A stretch of 64,000 bases of DNA from Verrucomicrobiia bacterium (GCA_036490655.1 DASXDM010000016.1:83135-147134), one strand, 5' to 3'. Numbered from the stretch's first letter, positions 21,201 through 29,015 are shown. The notes: generated by a model from the letters alone, not told the origin. Made by a program: numbers and translations.

Positions 21201-22102
21201 TGGGCACCAACACTTCACCGGGGATCATCCCGGGCAACACGTATTTCCTGGGGGTGCAGAACACCAATCCCGTCACGATTGGCTATGCTTTGACGGTTCA
21301 TTTCGGGTATCCGGCTTCGTCCGTTCTGACCAATAGCATCCGCATCTCGAGCATCGTCCATACGAATATCAATGGGACCAACGGATTCCTGCTGACGTGG
21401 TTCGCGCCCAGCAACGATCTGTTCCAGGTGCAATGGACCGCTTCCCTGTCGCCGACCAGCTGGGCCTCGTTCACCAGTATCATCGGTTACAATACGAATG
21501 CTTTTACCAGTCCCAATAACACCCAGTTCAACTTCTTCGATGACGGTACGCAAACCGGCGGCTTCGGAACGATCCGGTTCTACCGGCTGGCCCTGTTGCA
21601 GGCGAGCACGGTGATCCTGCCGGCCCAAACCAATTTTGTCGTCCAGTTCTCCACCCCGGTCACGGTCACCAATACGGCGAGCGATTCCAATCCCAACACG
21701 ATCCTCACTTATAACCTGGTCAACCCGCCCGCCGGCGCTGCCATCGGCACCAATGGCGTCATCACCTGGGCCAATGCCCTTCCGGCCGGCCTGGCCGCGC
21801 GTTTCCTCACGGTGGCCACCGACAATGAATTGCCGCCCGCCCAGGCCACGAATCAATTCACCATCTTTGTCGCGCCGTTCCCGGCCATCACCAACGTAAG
21901 CGCCACGGCCACCAACGTCACCCTGGCCTGGCGGGCGCCGACCAATGATCAATTTCAGGTCCAATGGTCGACCAACCTGGCTTCCCCCATCACCTGGTAC
22001 CTCCTGCCCAATATCGTCACCTCCCCCAATGGCGTCTTCGCCTTCACCGATAACAATACCCTGTTGACCGAGAAATTCTACGAGTTGATCCTCCTGCCAT
22101 AG
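9287..22102 (+). CDS. 4,271-aa membrane-anchored multidomain protein: I9-like propeptides, S8 subtilase, P-domain-like, LamG x2, C-type lectin, pectate-lyase-like beta-helix, PPC-like, cadherin-like and FN3-like modules
   Basis: Single uninterrupted ORF. N-terminal anchor MWILLSLLGIGGAWIFW. Subtilase triad motifs VNDSGID / DGHGTFVAG / GTSMAAADVSG. See the domain sub-features below. Confidence 0.9.
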   Translation: MRSRVKMWILLSLLGIGGAWIFWHMENGHMLRAGRQRPLPVMSLASSAPRLTKASLAQKAAQLTASRTNLFAYRLNNTGKTLEQLLHDPHAILLENALIDSRRPLGLTFPKSLQRQGDPGAYLVQARGVDSGAFRAMLAANGAKVISYIPNNAYLVEASAGIAGTVAQNPATQAVLPYEPYYKVQSTLLGAATAQTILPRNAILTLGLFPDNAAQTISQIQNLGAQIVSEDSSPFGPVVRVMPPTDWTALADLPGVQIVEPSHTRVHANDLSRVTTGVSVDTLVATNYLDLSGLNVMVDVNDSGIDQTHPDFTLNGNAASGPSGPTRVTGQFAGDLVDTDGHGTFVAGEIAGNGSESHPPGGVNVGAAAEGSVTNADFRGKAPAAMLFAVDFHGSDSNLQAEAALTNALISNNSWVYSGDQTYDLAAASYDAATRDALPYTQGSQPVLFVFAAGNDGFGQIGGNNNTADTIDSPGTAKNVITVGALEEARNITNYVTVDGVSNQVWAGITANNFQVADFSSCGNVGIGMEGQFGRFKPDVVAPGTFVVSTRSSEWDTNAYYNPTNYDDSILTNLVVGAGQLEYFGLSIPQNAISVEIEALPFNPANTLWIYASDSDFPDPANPTSADFSETNEVLIPPDNPPNSTSATYLSEIQATVLNYAIVNSNAQDVAYDLFTQIATTNDNGDYYDVLSNMNDSLGPYYRYETGTSMAAADVSGVLALMQDYFTNHLQLQPSPALMKALLLNGARLSDAELYNLQVNNTINYEGWGLVNLPNTLPPDITTNGFNGAVASSIYFQDQSPTNALATGDLHTYTLIAQTNNEPLRLTLAWTDPPGNPVAAIKLVNSLQLTVTNTDNPTNIVVYYGNDIGEASAFNTAESPTNPVAPDTINNVQTIIIPEPLGTNYTITVKGYRVNVNAVVEQTNNIVQDYALVVSSGDGDATGSFTVVDQGTVSNPAGDQDILAIGTTNAPVDNQVLGASSPLLGTNTVSVGTNSTWASSGLITVGQTNQWHFYIVTNEAQDSAGSTADVTNAAFVTYNANTLALPRTGVYANSEANSTRTEADVDLFVTTDPTLTNLSATALSNCVNGAQIGASAGGAFNGASLGRGGEEVIVDTNSQHGEVYYVGVQSEDQMAAEYNYISLFTSVPFSQMNNSNGVETVNGNPIPAAIPSGSPAVPGFSDVLGISLQPIQIQAVIVTNVFEQVDAGDLVSSLTLDSGVGGRTTAVLMNHNSPNVPGTFPYVYDDTGTVIASTLPPNYTLHHSDGPGSLLNFVGQNVGIFSLWNYHIANSVTPFSGSVDTLSLTLIPHENPQKGITVSIPPGSWYYNYVIVPPGYTNLTVAATNLMVPPGSIPLQLYLNDGNPPTTNNFLFEAGLTNSPTGLLYPNGADPGNSISYGPPLAPGTYWIGIINGNTVAQTVYLIATLSGFQSGIPPTVTASNGPPLTPEAVTSTNIFISSTGEVASVNVGIVASYPRISDLTFTLVSPEGQEVLLMENRGGITTSNAGAMELFSNLVNSTATGGAAASTNYLAANPAGGTLPIAYNFYTLPDEMTVYDSTNPLDFNPNGPFCILDTGFINNPPAGPGSQNTQTEYTNTTSAYPPNSPGLTIIMNQFGNPYATGNGDAWTYTAGSAQTNFEYLMFTEDTNLTDTPIKFAVPPFGFDGGATNYSFSFEQATNGDYFGFTNIFDPFGGWTLPTNLTTVTTVFNLASNQDVTLTNTVVLTNNFVTVVTDPNNSLGDNFQSNYLALADGTITRSIPTIPGEQYNITFWYRGPGIAGWWRGEGNALDSANPENDGQNGSLIGRFDFPAGEVGQSFEMEDNGQPFDFAGTNSYVQIHPQYAFSTVSNAIVESSTLDVGAGGEFTIEGWINPTNVTFQQPLVEWLAGTPTNYPNVTDTNFNIVAGPFLDPATSHYYYLLGATNWTVSEAWAQSLGGHLATVDTADEENWIYDAFENYDGTNRNLWIGLTNNGATFAYASGLTNLAYTDWATNQPDNCNGNQFYVAIITATNAQSGLWEMADTNGRTCVPPFTNLIYGVAEVPALQTNGVQFWISVTNIPGTTNTITSSNGCLYANLVDITNGSHIIFSAPGLVQSNVFQHVALTYSTNSGIANLFYDGTNVASTNLGVFIPKTTGDVLLGKDMSLLTNDYYGGLMDEMSIYRRALSDAEIATIYSVSASATNGLTGKFDPAVTPAAGLAEAFVDLGGFTNVLYGLNDQWDQFTYTFIATSNSLPFSISGLQPGMLLAQFSVAQAPITNFYYFPEQSLAELTGDNAFGNWTLQIWDNRTDSLLPPDGALDSWTLQMVLQTNTPSTLDLDPNSPLTITIPPGQIVPLLITVPDWASQVENIVDSDTGPVNVFYNSSQPPTGGGTGDIEFTPISVTAPPIVQVGPTLTALSAPPLPTSPTNFYYLGVQNTNTHAVNATVEVDFNLINLTNDVIYTGTVGTNQTENYFSFTVTNGFEATFQLLKLSGNADLVVRHTPPLPTLFSSDYASFNNSNADESIYVLTNSLPVPLTNGTWYLGVIKRDAGALNYSILAKELATNSPPTVLVIPLTNNVPYTFTNEDAGAALTNFFSFQVTNPVVNGVTNYVSGLRFEVYDLNGNGDLTVQTNVPPFAPPFYQLSAQPGTVPEYIQVQTNSTLTNLAATWFLGVPNNETNPINFTIVAEIETNGAFPAFPGAQGAGAGTAGGGGIGPGFTNNTVYHVTSLADDGSFGTLRDAVTRTNRTIVFDISGVIFLQTPLVITNSFLTIAGQSAPGGGITVAGQMTELSTNHDVIIRDVRFRAGGAPLTGFEMAIAGDYTNGQIVGTWTVKSNQVSVVTDAVNAMQSSNYLALANGTISTNLTTIPGQTYAVTFGYRGPDIAGWWRGESNLVDSVYGNNGVDTNGMVAYSHAQVGLGFNFNGNPNRVIVSNAPILNFVSNQNFSMDVWIKAIPYSPVGNVASIFDKRTINGADCHGYELNLSGGSVNLHLSDNNNSDGTVWGGPYLADSTLHQLIVTLMRNSTTGIRIYVDGTLRDTYDATSVPGDLTTTVPLRIGNHSDPTYTSSWDGLIDEASLYDRALSASEVKAIYMDSTNGKFDPVEFKISPSLSLAKAQILVNGATNLIFYGNNTNWQVETATFTATSNKTAVAISGMEPGMLLDALSIAPGDSLQFNTVSNVIADHISTEWSTNNDLSALNSTNVTVQWSIIADSVHNSATNGYGSLLRNGNGTLSFHHNLYADNAYASPRLGDNLNLDFEDNVIYNWGTNAGYSMNETLTDDPNGFTNRMNYICNYLIASTNSLTNTIAFWAGTTNTWIYQTNNFIQSTNTSTNTLTYLALTGQNTGWNMFTTNATEFDREFQFPPISVDEADLAYEKVLDFAGPDMAQRDAVDTNIVGHVRTQNGSFLTTEPILSLSGSVFPNLDTDQDGIPDFWEDTFGSNPFVPSQNNVLDGSGYTELEEYLNWLAGPHALTVTNQPVGVDLMQLFGQTGNLSFFVTNAVNGSVYLTNVLNYTNVTGTLFAVTNTGTYSNSFAIFTPANNFNGTTTNYGLASFDVYVTNNTTVAYFGPVTVSVVASKVAVKVNTNIPPVITSLGFGVFDPTNSGGTDFYGPYVPDANAIGMSFVVTNINPTGGADLIVAYNRLPSLSDYDYISTNPVNEAVVIWTNSMPVPLTNGNWYVGVVDVNPSGGSVSYDFQATEYPTLYRPLFLYPTTNEVFSNIETTLFQLQCQATDTNTPPLPLTFSLLNQPANVPGATNVMTIDPNTGLINWTPNEAQGPSTNSISVNVSNGAYSDTNTFTVIVLESNLAPFWPTNVPLQTNYVINAYDLLTVMNTATDTDIPTNPLSYAMTVTPAAGNVSIDTNGIITWTPTLAQVGSNYLFTTIVTDTNPWAINSKSLSNTNYFTVTVLPPLNFTNGMPQTNTVPPGGISWVAVPVPTNAIYATNLLIYATNLQVNVWFSTNLPPTITNPHDQIIIPDATSGVRVLGTNTSPGIIPGNTYFLGVQNTNPVTIGYALTVHFGYPASSVLTNSIRISSIVHTNINGTNGFLLTWFAPSNDLFQVQWTASLSPTSWASFTSIIGYNTNAFTSPNNTQFNFFDDGTQTGGFGTIRFYRLALLQASTVILPAQTNFVVQFSTPVTVTNTASDSNPNTILTYNLVNPPAGAAIGTNGVITWANALPAGLAARFLTVATDNELPPAQATNQFTIFVAPFPAITNVSATATNVTLAWRAPTNDQFQVQWSTNLASPITWYLLPNIVTSPNGVFAFTDNNTLLTEKFYELILLP
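10130..11620 (+). other. Peptidase S8 (subtilisin-like) catalytic domain of the giant protein
   Basis: Asp codon 10190-10192 (DSG), His 10310-10312 (HGT), oxyanion NNSW near 10520, Ser 11411-11413 (GTSMA). Followed by LRLTLAWTDPPG...NNVQTIIIP, a beta-sandwich typical of large bacterial subtilases. Confidence 0.85.
14625..15815 (+). other. LamG/concanavalin-like domain 1, interrupted by a C-type lectin
   Basis: GWWRGEGNALD...GQSFEMEDNG...FTIEGWINP ... HVALTYSTNSGIANLFYDGT...GGLMDEMSIYRRALSDAEIATIY. Confidence 0.6.
15029..15412 (+). other. C-type lectin-like domain nested inside LamG 1
   Basis: HYYYLLGATNWTVSEAWAQSLGGHLATVDTADEENWIYDAF...NLWIGLTNN...YTDWATNQPDN...GLWEMADTNGRTCVP matches the CTLD pattern (W-x-x-A-x-x-C/L-x-x-x-G-G-H-L-A-x-I, WIGL, W...P.N). 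Confidence 0.6.
17383..19470 (+). other. Pectate-lyase-like right-handed beta-helix, split by an inserted ~1-kb sandwich+LamG module (17735-18740)
   Basis: N part: NNTVYHVTSLADDGSFGTLRDAVTRTNRTIVFDISGVIFLQTPLVITNSFLTIAGQSAPGGGITVAG. C part: ADHISTEWSTNNDLS...VTVQWSIIADS...LSFHHNLYADNAYASPRLG...DFEDNVIYNWG...AYEKVLDFAGP..QRDAVDTNIVGHV. Confidence 0.55.
17888..18515 (+). other. LamG/concanavalin-like domain 2
   Basis: GWWRGESNLVD...VGLGFNFNGNPNRVIV...FSMDVWIKA...LHQLIVTLMRNSTTGIRIYVDGT...WDGLIDEASLYDRALSASEVKAIY. Confidence 0.6.
20440..20985 (+). other. Two cadherin-like/putative-Ig repeats
   Basis: LTFSLLNQPANVPGATNVMTIDPNTGLINWTPNEAQGPSTNSISVNVSNG and LSYAMTVTPAAGNVSIDTNGIITWTPTLAQVGSNYLFTTIVTD. 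A third copy lies near 21690-21870. Confidence 0.5.
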
Positions 22103-22175
22103 CGGGACTGGTTCGTGTTTACCAAGCTGCCCCTTTGAACTTGCACAGTTCATAGTTCCTCTTTAGTTTTGCACA

Positions 22176-23204
22176 ATGCGCGCTGCTTTTGTCCGGGAGA
22201 TAACCCGTCAACACTGCTTTCAGAGAAAATCGATTCCATGGATTCTTAAAATCTACGGTTATCCGTTTCATCGTTGGGCTTCTCCACGCCGCCAGGCCTT
22301 GTTTGGAGCGCCATATTTTTTAATGTATTTTCTGTACCAGCGGTTTTGGCCGTTTCAGGCCCATGGGACTTTTACTTACAATGCAGGAACAGAAAAATTA
22401 ATCCAATTCAATCCAAAAAACAGTCAATTTCATTCTGTCTATTGGGATTTATTTAAAAATGGGTATGAGCCACAAACAACGTCATTGATCAATTTAATCA
22501 CTCCAACTAATGGCGTTTTTTATGATATCGGAAGCAATTGGGGATGGTTCTCCCTGTCATTGGCAGCCCGAAGTGATTTTAAAGGGAAGATTCATGCCTT
22601 TGAGCCGTTCCCGGGGAGCTATGCTGATCTGTGCAGCACAGTAAAACAGGCCGGCCTTGAAGACAGGATTCAATGCCATGCAATGGCTATTTCAGACCAA
22701 TGTGGAGACGGCACCATGCACATGGCTGATGGCTTTTCGAGCGGACTGGCCGGATTGGATGAAAAAAAGGTGGAAGGGCGGCAATCAATCAAAATTGCAT
22801 CGTTGGACTCATTATCATTTGATCCACCGGATGTCATGAAAGTGGATGTGGAGGGAAATGAGGAAAAAGTTTTTGCCGGGGGCAAAAAACTGATTGAAAA
22901 ACATAAGCCCATGATCATTTTTGAAAACGTCCGGGCTTTCACGGATGTAGCAGGCGCCTTGAGCCCCATTTTCTTTTTAAACGAACTGGGCTATGTGTTT
23001 TACCGGTTGGCCTGGACACGAAAAATGGGACAAAGGAGCTGCTATATCGGTGATGATATTGAGGAATCTGTCCCCGATACTGAACTTTTAACATTGGTAG
23101 AATTTGACCCGACCGAACGCTTCGTACTCGCGGACGGTGGCAATATATTCGCCTGCCATAAGGAAAAACTGCCTGAATTACAAAAGTGCTTTCAGAAACT
23201 ATGA
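22176..23204 (+). CDS. FkbM-family SAM-dependent methyltransferase
   Basis: GVFYDIGSNWGWFSLSLA...IHAFEPFPGSY...MKVDVEGNEEKVFAGG matches Methyltransf_21/FkbM signatures. G+C is visibly lower than in the flanking genes. Confidence 0.8.
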   Translation: MRAAFVREITRQHCFQRKSIPWILKIYGYPFHRWASPRRQALFGAPYFLMYFLYQRFWPFQAHGTFTYNAGTEKLIQFNPKNSQFHSVYWDLFKNGYEPQTTSLINLITPTNGVFYDIGSNWGWFSLSLAARSDFKGKIHAFEPFPGSYADLCSTVKQAGLEDRIQCHAMAISDQCGDGTMHMADGFSSGLAGLDEKKVEGRQSIKIASLDSLSFDPPDVMKVDVEGNEEKVFAGGKKLIEKHKPMIIFENVRAFTDVAGALSPIFFLNELGYVFYRLAWTRKMGQRSCYIGDDIEESVPDTELLTLVEFDPTERFVLADGGNIFACHKEKLPELQKCFQKL

Positions 23205-23353
23205 TCCGCTCTCAGCACGTCTTATTCAACAGTCATTCATGCTGCAAAATCTGCTACTGACTGTTAACCATATTCCCATCTTTCACTAAAATTTTACTTT
23301 TGACCGTTTTTTTGATATGCTTACAGATTGTTTGATTTCAAAAATTGCCGGAC

Positions 23354-26281
23354 ATGAGCAAAGAATTTATTCGCATCGGCGGAGCGCGTGAGCACAATCT
23401 CAAAGACCTTACGCTGCAGATCCCCCGCGATAAACTGGTGGTGATCACCGGTTTGAGCGGCAGCGGCAAATCGTCGCTCGCTTTCGACACCATCTATGCG
23501 GAAGGCCAGCGCAAATACGTCGAGTCGCTCTCCGCTTACGCGCGCCAGTTCCTCGACCAGATGCAAAAGCCGGATGTGGATTTTATCGAAGGTCTTTCGC
23601 CGGCCATCGCCATCGAGCAACGAAGTTCCGGAAGCAGTCCGCGCTCCATCATCGCCACCACCACGGAAATATACGATTACTTGCGCCTGCTCTATGCCCA
23701 CATCGGCCAGGCGCATTGTCCCGAGACCGGCGTGATCATCGTGCCGCAAAGCACCAGCGACATCGTTGACAAAATCCTCGCGCTGCCGCCAAAAACAAAG
23801 GTCATGCTCATGGCGCCAGTGGTACGCCGCCAAAAGGGCGAATTCCGCGATGTCTTTGAACGCCTCGCCCGCGAGGGGTTTGTGCGCGCGCGCGTGGACG
23901 GTGAACTGATCGAACTCGGGGACACCAACCGGCCGGCCAAACTGGACAAAAAGAAATTTCACAACATCGAGGCGATCGTAGACCGGCTGGTGATCGATGA
24001 TAAGATCCGGGTCCGCCTTGGCGATTCCGTGGAAACGGCTTTACGGTGGGGCAACGGCGTTTTACTGGCTCTCCATCAATTGCCCGGCGCTGCCTCGGAT
24101 TCGTGGATTGAAACCTTGCATTCAAACAAAATGTGCTCACCGGCCACGGGGAAAAGTTTTGACCCGCCCACGCCGAAGCATTTTTCGTTCAATGCCCCCG
24201 CTGGCGCCTGCCCGGTTTGCCATGGCCTCGGGCAAAAAATGGTTTTTGATGAGAATCTCGTGGTACCCGACCCGGAATTGGCCCTCGAAAGCGCCATCCA
24301 GCCCTGGCGGCGGGCGGGAAAACGGATGAACATCTATTATAAGGCGTTGCTGCGCTCCATCGCAGGTCATTTTAAAATCGCGCTGGAAACGCCATATAAA
24401 GACCTGCCGGATGATTTTAAGAAAATTTTGCTGCATGGATCGGGCGAAGATGAGATGGACTTTTCATTTTGGCGCGCCGGCAAAGTCAGCAAAATCACCA
24501 GGCCGTTTGAAGGGATTTTGCCCAATCTGGAACGCCACGCCACCGAAAGCGAAAGCGAATTCATCCGCAACCGGCTCAAGCAATATATGAGCCCCCAATT
24601 TTGCGATGCCTGCAAGGGCAAGCGCCTTAAACCGGAAATTTTGGCCGTGACCCTGGGAGAGGAGGCGTTTGCTTCCCGCTTCAAATCCCCCCCACGCGGA
24701 AAACTAAAGATTCCGGGTTTATCCATCATGGACGCCTGCAATCTTTCGGTGGAAAAAGCTGATGATTTTTTTGCCAATCTCAACCTGACTGATTTCCAAC
24801 GCCAGATCGCCGGAGAAGTCATCAAAGAGATCCGCGCACGACTGGGCTTTCTTAAAAACGTCGGCTTGGGTTATCTGACACTCGATCGTGAAAGCGGCAC
24901 CTTGAGCGGCGGCGAAGCCCAACGCATCCGGCTTGCCACCCAGATCGGCGCCGCCCTTGTCGGAGTCCTATATGTCCTGGACGAACCCAGCATCGGCCTG
25001 CACCAGCGGGATAACGACCGGCTGCTGGCCACATTGAAAGGCTTGCGGGATTTAGGCAATACCGTCCTGGTCGTCGAACATGACGCCGATACTATCCGCC
25101 ATGCGGATTATATCCTGGACCTGGGACCGGGCGCGGGCATTCACGGTGGTGAACTGGTGGCCGCCGGCCCGCTATCCGATATTTTGGCCAACAAAAATTC
25201 CCTGACGGGCAAATATCTGACCGGCGAACTGCAGATTCCCATTCCCAGAAAACGCAATTCTCCTTCGGAAGAGAAAGGCTGGCTCGAACTGCTGGGTGCG
25301 CGTGAGAATAATCTGCAAAATATCGATGTCCGTATTCCCCTGGGAACGCTGACCTGTGTCACCGGGGTAAGCGGTTCAGGCAAAAGCACTTTGGTAAACG
25401 ATATTCTCCAGCGCGCTTTGTTCCGGAAATTTTATGAGTCCAAGGAAGTCCCGGGAGCGCACCGGGCATTGAAAGGTTTTGAAAATCTGGACAAAGTCAT
25501 CGTGATCGACCAGACCCCGATCGGCAGGACTCCGCGCAGCAATCCGGCCACCTATACAGGAATGTTCAATCATATCCGGGACCTGTTCGCGCGATTGCCC
25601 GCGGCGAAAGTGCGTGGTTATGAACCAGGGCGGTTCAGCTTCAACGTCAAGGGCGGCCGCTGCGAGAAGTGCGAAGGGGACGGCGTCTTAAAGATCGAAA
25701 TGAATTTTTTGCCGGCAGTGTATGTCATTTGCGAGGCCTGCGGCGGCAAGCGTTATAATCGGGAAACGCTGGAGATTTCGTATAAAGGAAAAAATATTGC
25801 GGACGTTCTGGATATGACGGTCGACGAGGCGGTGGATTTCTTTCGGGCGGTGCCAAAAATCTATGATCCTTTATTGACCCTGGCGGAAGTCGGCCTCGGC
25901 TACATTCATTTGGGCCAGCAGGCAACGACCTTGAGCGGCGGCGAAGCCCAGCGGGTGAAATTGGCCAGTGAATTGTGCCGTAAAGCCACCGGCAAAACGC
26001 TCTACATTTTAGATGAGCCGACCACCGGACTGCATTTCCATGATGTGGCGAAGCTGCTCGAAGTCTTGTTCAAATTGCGCGAGACCGGCAACACTCTATT
26101 GATCATCGAACATAATCTCGATGTGATAAAAACGGCGGATTGGATCATCGACCTTGGCCCTGAAGGCGGTGCCGGCGGCGGAAAGATCGTCGCCGAAGGC
26201 CCACCCGAAAAAATCGTCAACTGCGCCGAAAGCAGCACGGGACAATATTTGAAATCGGTGCTGGCGCCGGCAAAAAACTGA
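23354..26281 (+). CDS. uvrA: Excinuclease ABC subunit A
   Basis: [19 protein letters not shown]...[34 protein letters not shown], zinc-finger cysteines, and a second ABC module [11 protein letters not shown]...[12 protein letters not shown]. The track's position 23345 is a TTG, so the ATG at 23354 is preferred. Confidence 0.95.
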   Translation: MSKEFIRIGGAREHNLKDLTLQIPRDKLVVITGLSGSGKSSLAFDTIYAEGQRKYVESLSAYARQFLDQMQKPDVDFIEGLSPAIAIEQRSSGSSPRSIIATTTEIYDYLRLLYAHIGQAHCPETGVIIVPQSTSDIVDKILALPPKTKVMLMAPVVRRQKGEFRDVFERLAREGFVRARVDGELIELGDTNRPAKLDKKKFHNIEAIVDRLVIDDKIRVRLGDSVETALRWGNGVLLALHQLPGAASDSWIETLHSNKMCSPATGKSFDPPTPKHFSFNAPAGACPVCHGLGQKMVFDENLVVPDPELALESAIQPWRRAGKRMNIYYKALLRSIAGHFKIALETPYKDLPDDFKKILLHGSGEDEMDFSFWRAGKVSKITRPFEGILPNLERHATESESEFIRNRLKQYMSPQFCDACKGKRLKPEILAVTLGEEAFASRFKSPPRGKLKIPGLSIMDACNLSVEKADDFFANLNLTDFQRQIAGEVIKEIRARLGFLKNVGLGYLTLDRESGTLSGGEAQRIRLATQIGAALVGVLYVLDEPSIGLHQRDNDRLLATLKGLRDLGNTVLVVEHDADTIRHADYILDLGPGAGIHGGELVAAGPLSDILANKNSLTGKYLTGELQIPIPRKRNSPSEEKGWLELLGARENNLQNIDVRIPLGTLTCVTGVSGSGKSTLVNDILQRALFRKFYESKEVPGAHRALKGFENLDKVIVIDQTPIGRTPRSNPATYTGMFNHIRDLFARLPAAKVRGYEPGRFSFNVKGGRCEKCEGDGVLKIEMNFLPAVYVICEACGGKRYNRETLEISYKGKNIADVLDMTVDEAVDFFRAVPKIYDPLLTLAEVGLGYIHLGQQATTLSGGEAQRVKLASELCRKATGKTLYILDEPTTGLHFHDVAKLLEVLFKLRETGNTLLIIEHNLDVIKTADWIIDLGPEGGAGGGKIVAEGPPEKIVNCAESSTGQYLKSVLAPAKN

Positions 26282-26348
26282 TCAATCAATGCCCGCCGGC
26301 AAAATATTCATCTTTTCGCGGCTTAATCAAATCGTCTAACATCAATGC

Positions 26349-29015
26349 ATGGCATTGTTGCGGCAAAGACTGTTGATTTTGTTCACGCTCATTTTGAGCG
26401 CCGGACAACTTCTCGCCGCTGAGGGAAACAAGGCAACGCGCGCTTACAACGCCGCCATCGTCACTTTCCAGGACGGTGATTACCCCCGCGCCGGGCTGGA
26501 ATTTGCCCAATTTATCCAGAGATTTCCAAATTCCACCAATGTGCCGAATGCCGTGCTTCTGGAAGCGCAAGCGGTCTACGAACAGGAGCAGTATACGAAC
26601 GCCATCACCTTGCTCACCGAAAATATGGCTGGCGCCGGAATCCTGGCTGACAAATATGCTGATTGGATCGGTGAATCACAATTTGCCGAAAATGATTTTT
26701 TGGCAGCCGCGGATACTTTCGGTTCGCTGGTGCAGAGTTTTCCAGATTCTTCATTGCGGCTGCGCGGCACGGTCGAACAAGCCTCGGCTTTTGCCTCAGC
26801 CGGACAATGGACCAATGTCATTCCATTGCTGGCACAAACCAACGGTGTTTTTCAACGCGCAGCACAATTGGACCCAAACAACGATTTGATTTCCCGCGGG
26901 CGCGAGTTGGAAGCACAGGCGATGTCCATCGAACTTCAATATCCGGATGAATCAGCCGTCTTGAATTCCATCAATCCGCAAATCCTCACCCCCGATTTAT
27001 ATATTGGCCTGCAGCGATTGAAATACCAATTGACCATGGAGACGAGCAATTTCCCTGAGGCAAGCACGGCCGCAACCAATCTGTATCAGATCGCAAAAAT
27101 CGCGGGTAATATCGATTTGATGGCCGAAAGCATAGCGATGCGCGCGGATGCTTTGGAAAAAATGGGCGATGTCGGCGATGCCATCACGATTTATTCGCAA
27201 AATCTCACCACTAATTCTCCTCCCGGACGGCAGCGGCAGGCGATCTTGAATATCGCCGACCTGGCCATCGGGCAGCGGCAATATTCGCTGCCGGAAACCA
27301 ACCTGGCCATTTTCCTGATGCAATTCACGAACACTGCAATCCTGACTAATTTCCTGGGGCGATTCGCCAATCCCCCGGCCATAGACATGGGATTGCTCTC
27401 GCTGGCAGAATTGCAATTGAAAGATCATGCAGCCCAACCGGGAGAAACGAATCTATTAAGCGCAGCGCATACGGAATTGGATGGGTTTATTTCCACCTTC
27501 CCCAACAATCCACTCCTGGGTGAAGCTTATTTGAACCGCGGCTGGTGCTTTTGGCTGGAACAGAAACTTCTGGAAAGCCTCCCGGATTTCCAGGCAGCCG
27601 CAAATTTGCTGCCGCCTTCCGAAGATTTGGCGGTGGCCATCTTCAAGACCGGCGATGCGGAATTTGCCAGTACAAATTATCCCGCCGCCATCACAAATTA
27701 CTATACCGTCTTAAACGAATTCACCAATTATCCCGCCGTCCGGCAGGAGCTTGAAGAACCGGCCCTGTATCAAATTTTACGCGCCAGCCTCGAAGTCACC
27801 AATTTGACCGATGCCAGCTACGCTCTGGCGCAAATCGAGGCACATCATCCTTTGGGCGAATTGGCGCCCGGCAGTGAATTGCTTTACGGGGAAAATCTGG
27901 CGGACTCAGGCCATCCAGCAGTCGCGCGCGCGAAATTTCAAAAGTTTGCGCAGGAATTTCCCAACTCCCCCTTGCGGCCCGAAGCAGACTTTGCCATCGC
28001 CCGCTGTTATGAACTGGAAAATAATTGGACCAACGCGATTGCCGCTTATCAGAACTGGCTGGGAAACTATCCGACCAACCGTTCCCGCCCTCAGGCCTTA
28101 TACGCGCTCGCCCTGGTGAATTTTCAAGCCGGAAACGAATCGAACGCGTTCGTGCTGTTCACCAATTTTGTCGGGCAATATACCAACAACAGCCTTGCGC
28201 CGGATGCGCAATGGTGGATCGCCGACCATTTTTTCAGGCTGGGTGACACCAATTATTTGGAGGCCGAGGAAAATTATGAGTTTGTTTACCAAAATTTTCC
28301 AACCAGCCGCCTGGCCTATCCCGCACAGTATATGGCCGGATGCGCCGCCGCAGCGCGGGAAGATTTTTCCGAAGCGATCGGGCATTACAGCCAGGTCGAG
28401 ACCATTCTCGAGACGAACACCGATTCCCCGGAATTATTGGCGCGGACCTTGTTGGCCAATGGCAAAGCATTGATGGACATGCCCTCCTCCGATACCAACA
28501 ACCCGTTGGCGAATTTTAAACCCGCCAGGGATGTCTTCACCCAACTTAACCAAAGAAATCCTACGAATGAATTTGGCGCCCTCGGTTGGTTTTACATGGG
28601 CAACTGTGATCTGCAATTAACGAATTTTGACGCCGCCACCAATGATTACGCACAAGTGCTCAGCGCCGATGTCATCGCCTCTGTTTCAACGCGGAGTATG
28701 GCGCAGGTCGGGCTTGGGCAGGCCCTGGAAAAAATGGCGGCTTTGGCGACCTGCACAAACCAAACCGCGCTGCTCCAACTGGCCGAGGATAATTATCTCG
28801 ATGTCTTTTATGAATATAATTTGCGCGACGGCGAAACGGCGGATCCTTACTGGACAAAACAGGCGGGATTAAAGGCTTTGCCGCTCATGGAGACACTTGG
28901 AGCGGGGAACCCGATAAAAACAGGCAAATTCATCGACCGCATGGAATATTGGCTTCCGGCCCTAAAAGATTCATTCGAAAAAATGCGCGCCTCCACTCTC
29001 TCTCCAAAAAGTTAG
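26349..29015 (+). CDS. Secreted tetratricopeptide-repeat protein (YbgF-like repeats)
   Basis: Signal-like N-terminus LLILFTLILSAGQLLAAEG. Repeated A..F..F...FP.S......A.. TPR-like units throughout. Confidence 0.7.
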   Translation: MALLRQRLLILFTLILSAGQLLAAEGNKATRAYNAAIVTFQDGDYPRAGLEFAQFIQRFPNSTNVPNAVLLEAQAVYEQEQYTNAITLLTENMAGAGILADKYADWIGESQFAENDFLAAADTFGSLVQSFPDSSLRLRGTVEQASAFASAGQWTNVIPLLAQTNGVFQRAAQLDPNNDLISRGRELEAQAMSIELQYPDESAVLNSINPQILTPDLYIGLQRLKYQLTMETSNFPEASTAATNLYQIAKIAGNIDLMAESIAMRADALEKMGDVGDAITIYSQNLTTNSPPGRQRQAILNIADLAIGQRQYSLPETNLAIFLMQFTNTAILTNFLGRFANPPAIDMGLLSLAELQLKDHAAQPGETNLLSAAHTELDGFISTFPNNPLLGEAYLNRGWCFWLEQKLLESLPDFQAAANLLPPSEDLAVAIFKTGDAEFASTNYPAAITNYYTVLNEFTNYPAVRQELEEPALYQILRASLEVTNLTDASYALAQIEAHHPLGELAPGSELLYGENLADSGHPAVARAKFQKFAQEFPNSPLRPEADFAIARCYELENNWTNAIAAYQNWLGNYPTNRSRPQALYALALVNFQAGNESNAFVLFTNFVGQYTNNSLAPDAQWWIADHFFRLGDTNYLEAEENYEFVYQNFPTSRLAYPAQYMAGCAAAAREDFSEAIGHYSQVETILETNTDSPELLARTLLANGKALMDMPSSDTNNPLANFKPARDVFTQLNQRNPTNEFGALGWFYMGNCDLQLTNFDAATNDYAQVLSADVIASVSTRSMAQVGLGQALEKMAALATCTNQTALLQLAEDNYLDVFYEYNLRDGETADPYWTKQAGLKALPLMETLGAGNPIKTGKFIDRMEYWLPALKDSFEKMRASTLSPKS

